DNA from: Octopus sinensis
Taxonomy: Eukaryota
Length of the DNA: 39,769 bases
Direction of reading: 5' to 3'
Assembly: GCF_006345805.1 (NCBI RefSeq)
Contig: NW_021835420.1
Coordinates: 1-39,769, forward strand
The position numbers and the translations under genes are program-made. Under the pieces are notes generated by a model, which saw nothing but the letters and a program-made list of their open reading frames with translations, searched no databases and was not told where the DNA came from. How positions within the stretch are numbered: the first letter of the stretch is position 1; each line of letters starts with the position of its first letter. Positions 37,298 to 39,769 of this stretch are shown here, piece by piece.

Positions 37298-37791
37298 ACT
37301 TATAAATAAGGGCAAACGAAAAAATTTCTAATGCCAAATATGCCGAAAAATTGGACATATTGTCCATTACCCTATAATTTTTCACAATACGCACGCTACT
37401 CGAAAAAAAGCCGACAGAAATTTCTAAAAAGTTCCATTATTACCATATCAGACCGATTTCAGGGTTAGTTCGTAAGAACCCTCCCTTCGTCAGTAATACA
37501 TGTGGCAAAGAAATAAATGAAATACTTACTCATACCCAAGGAAGAAGCAAACACAAAGTCATGAGCACCACTAAGTACCCCAAATACATCCAAAATAGAA
37601 ATACTCCAGCCCATTCAAGACACGTGCGATTTGAACTGAGGTTCTCACAGAGTCAGAGTTTAGAAATTTCTGTCGGCTTTTTTTCGAGTAGCGTGCGTAT
37701 TGTGAAAAATTATATGGTAATGGAGAATATGTCCAATTTTTCGGCATATTTGGCATTAGAAATTTTTTCGTTTGCCCTTATTTATAAGTTG
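37296..37791. mobile_element. 496-bp element with 133-bp TIRs and an internal hammerhead motif
   Basis: Arms 37296-37428 and 37659-37791 are reverse complements with 2 mismatches; no clean TSD. Confidence 0.9.
37444..37500 (-). ncRNA. Minimal type-I hammerhead ribozyme motif, all core nucleotides intact
   Basis: Minus strand TGTATTA-CTGACGA-AGGG.AG.GGTTC-TTAC-GAACT.AA.CCCT-GAAA-TCG-GTC-TGATATG; 7-bp stem I (3 G-U), bipartite stem II, GUC cleavage triplet. Confidence 0.75.
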
Positions 37792-37953
37792 TTTATAATT
37801 TTAACCGTTAAAGGTATTTTTTAATATGCTGGCTATTGATAAAAATTTTTCTTTCGAAAGAAATTTTATCCTACATTAAATATAAATTTAAGTGTTCACT
37901 TCCGGACTCTCTCACTTCCTCCATTTTCTTATTTGTATTATATATATATATAA

Positions 37954-38267
37954 AAGTGAATCTCAACCTGGATCCATATGATCTCTGAGAGTCCTTATAT
38001 AAGATTTTTGGGGAATTCACATAAGCAAAATAGTAAATTAGGGGTCCACAGTATTATTTCAAGGGTTTATTGAAAAAATTTTGATTTAGATGTATCTATT
38101 GCAAGGAACCGTTAAGTTCATGTCTCAAATATTTTTCTAAGTTCAAACTACATCAGTGAATGTGTGGAAAACAAAATAGGAATTTAAAATGGCGTATCTA
38201 TAAAATGAGATTTTAAACATCGAACGTCTATGGAGGCCCTCCAGGATAAAATAGTTGAGAACCAGTG
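37954..38267 (+). mobile_element. hAT-like MITE with 8-bp TSD (7/8 match)
   Basis: Ends AAGTGAATCTCAAC / GTTGAGAACCAGTG (decayed CAGTGGTTCTCAAC type); flanks ATATATAA (37946-37953) and ATATAGAA (38268-38275). Confidence 0.65.
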
Positions 38268-38474
38268 ATATAGAAGAATATCGTATTGATACTAGTGAGA
38301 GCACAGGACTCAAAAGAACTCTGGTGCTCTTACCTGTCAGCTGGTATAGTACTATCAAAGTGGCACGATGGTATACTTGCCCGATTCATTGAAGATTTCA
38401 CAGTCCTATCAATTACTTTTTCTCGGGTCCCAAAGGAGTAAAAAAAAAATATTGTTTTTCTTCTCAGGAGACAA

Positions 38475-38640
38475 GAGGTGGGATTTGAACTTAGCATGTA
38501 CGAAGCTGAAATAGGTGGCTTAAGACATTTTGTCCGACGGTCTAATAATTCCTAAACTGGTATTTTGTTTATCGATCCTGAAAAAAAATGGTAATGTTGA
38601 CCTCGGTGAGATTTGAACCTTGAGAGTAGAGAGTCGGAAT
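38475..38640 (-). mobile_element. Very old family-B SINE fragments
   Basis: GATTTGAAC (twice), CATTTTGTCCG, GACCTCGG motifs. Confidence 0.4.
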
Positions 38641-38724
38641 AAATTCGAGATGCACTGACCAATATTCAACATCACACGCTACTCGACTATTCGACGCGGC
38701 AATAAGTGTAATTCTCACTCTCCC

Positions 38725-39585
<861 letters not shown>

Positions 39586-39769
39586 ATTATATAATTTCTT
39601 CCTTGAATCTATCATTTCAGTATGGAAACCTTATAAAACTCGACTCTAAACGTTGCCATCGTTTTTCTGTTCCACCAATACGTTTCTGATAGAGACGATT
39701 TTTCTCCATCACCTGGAAGGGGTTTCGGAGAAGGAATCCAAACAAATACATCCAAAATGTCGAAGTGGA

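Overview
This is a gene-poor, AT-rich, repeat-saturated animal genomic window (intergenic or intronic). The SINE repertoire and extreme microsatellite load suggest an octopod cephalopod; this is an inference, not a database result. No intact host gene, RNA gene or CRISPR array is supportable, and nearly all ORFs in the track are microsatellite or SINE read-through. Contents: (1) about 30 tRNA-derived SINE copies in a few modular families (A: CORE-like; B: Deu/Nin-like; C/D/E: shared heads with swapped tails), several with clear 10-18 bp TSDs; (2) decayed mariner (x2), Tc1 and Penelope-like RT and GIY-YIG fragments; (3) a complete 306-bp non-autonomous Helitron and several MITEs; (4) large simple repeats. 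The most notable signal is a set of minimal type-I hammerhead ribozyme motifs. The best one is core-intact and sits in the middle of a 496-bp element with 133-bp near-perfect terminal inverted repeats (37296-37791). All alignments and folds were done by eye.
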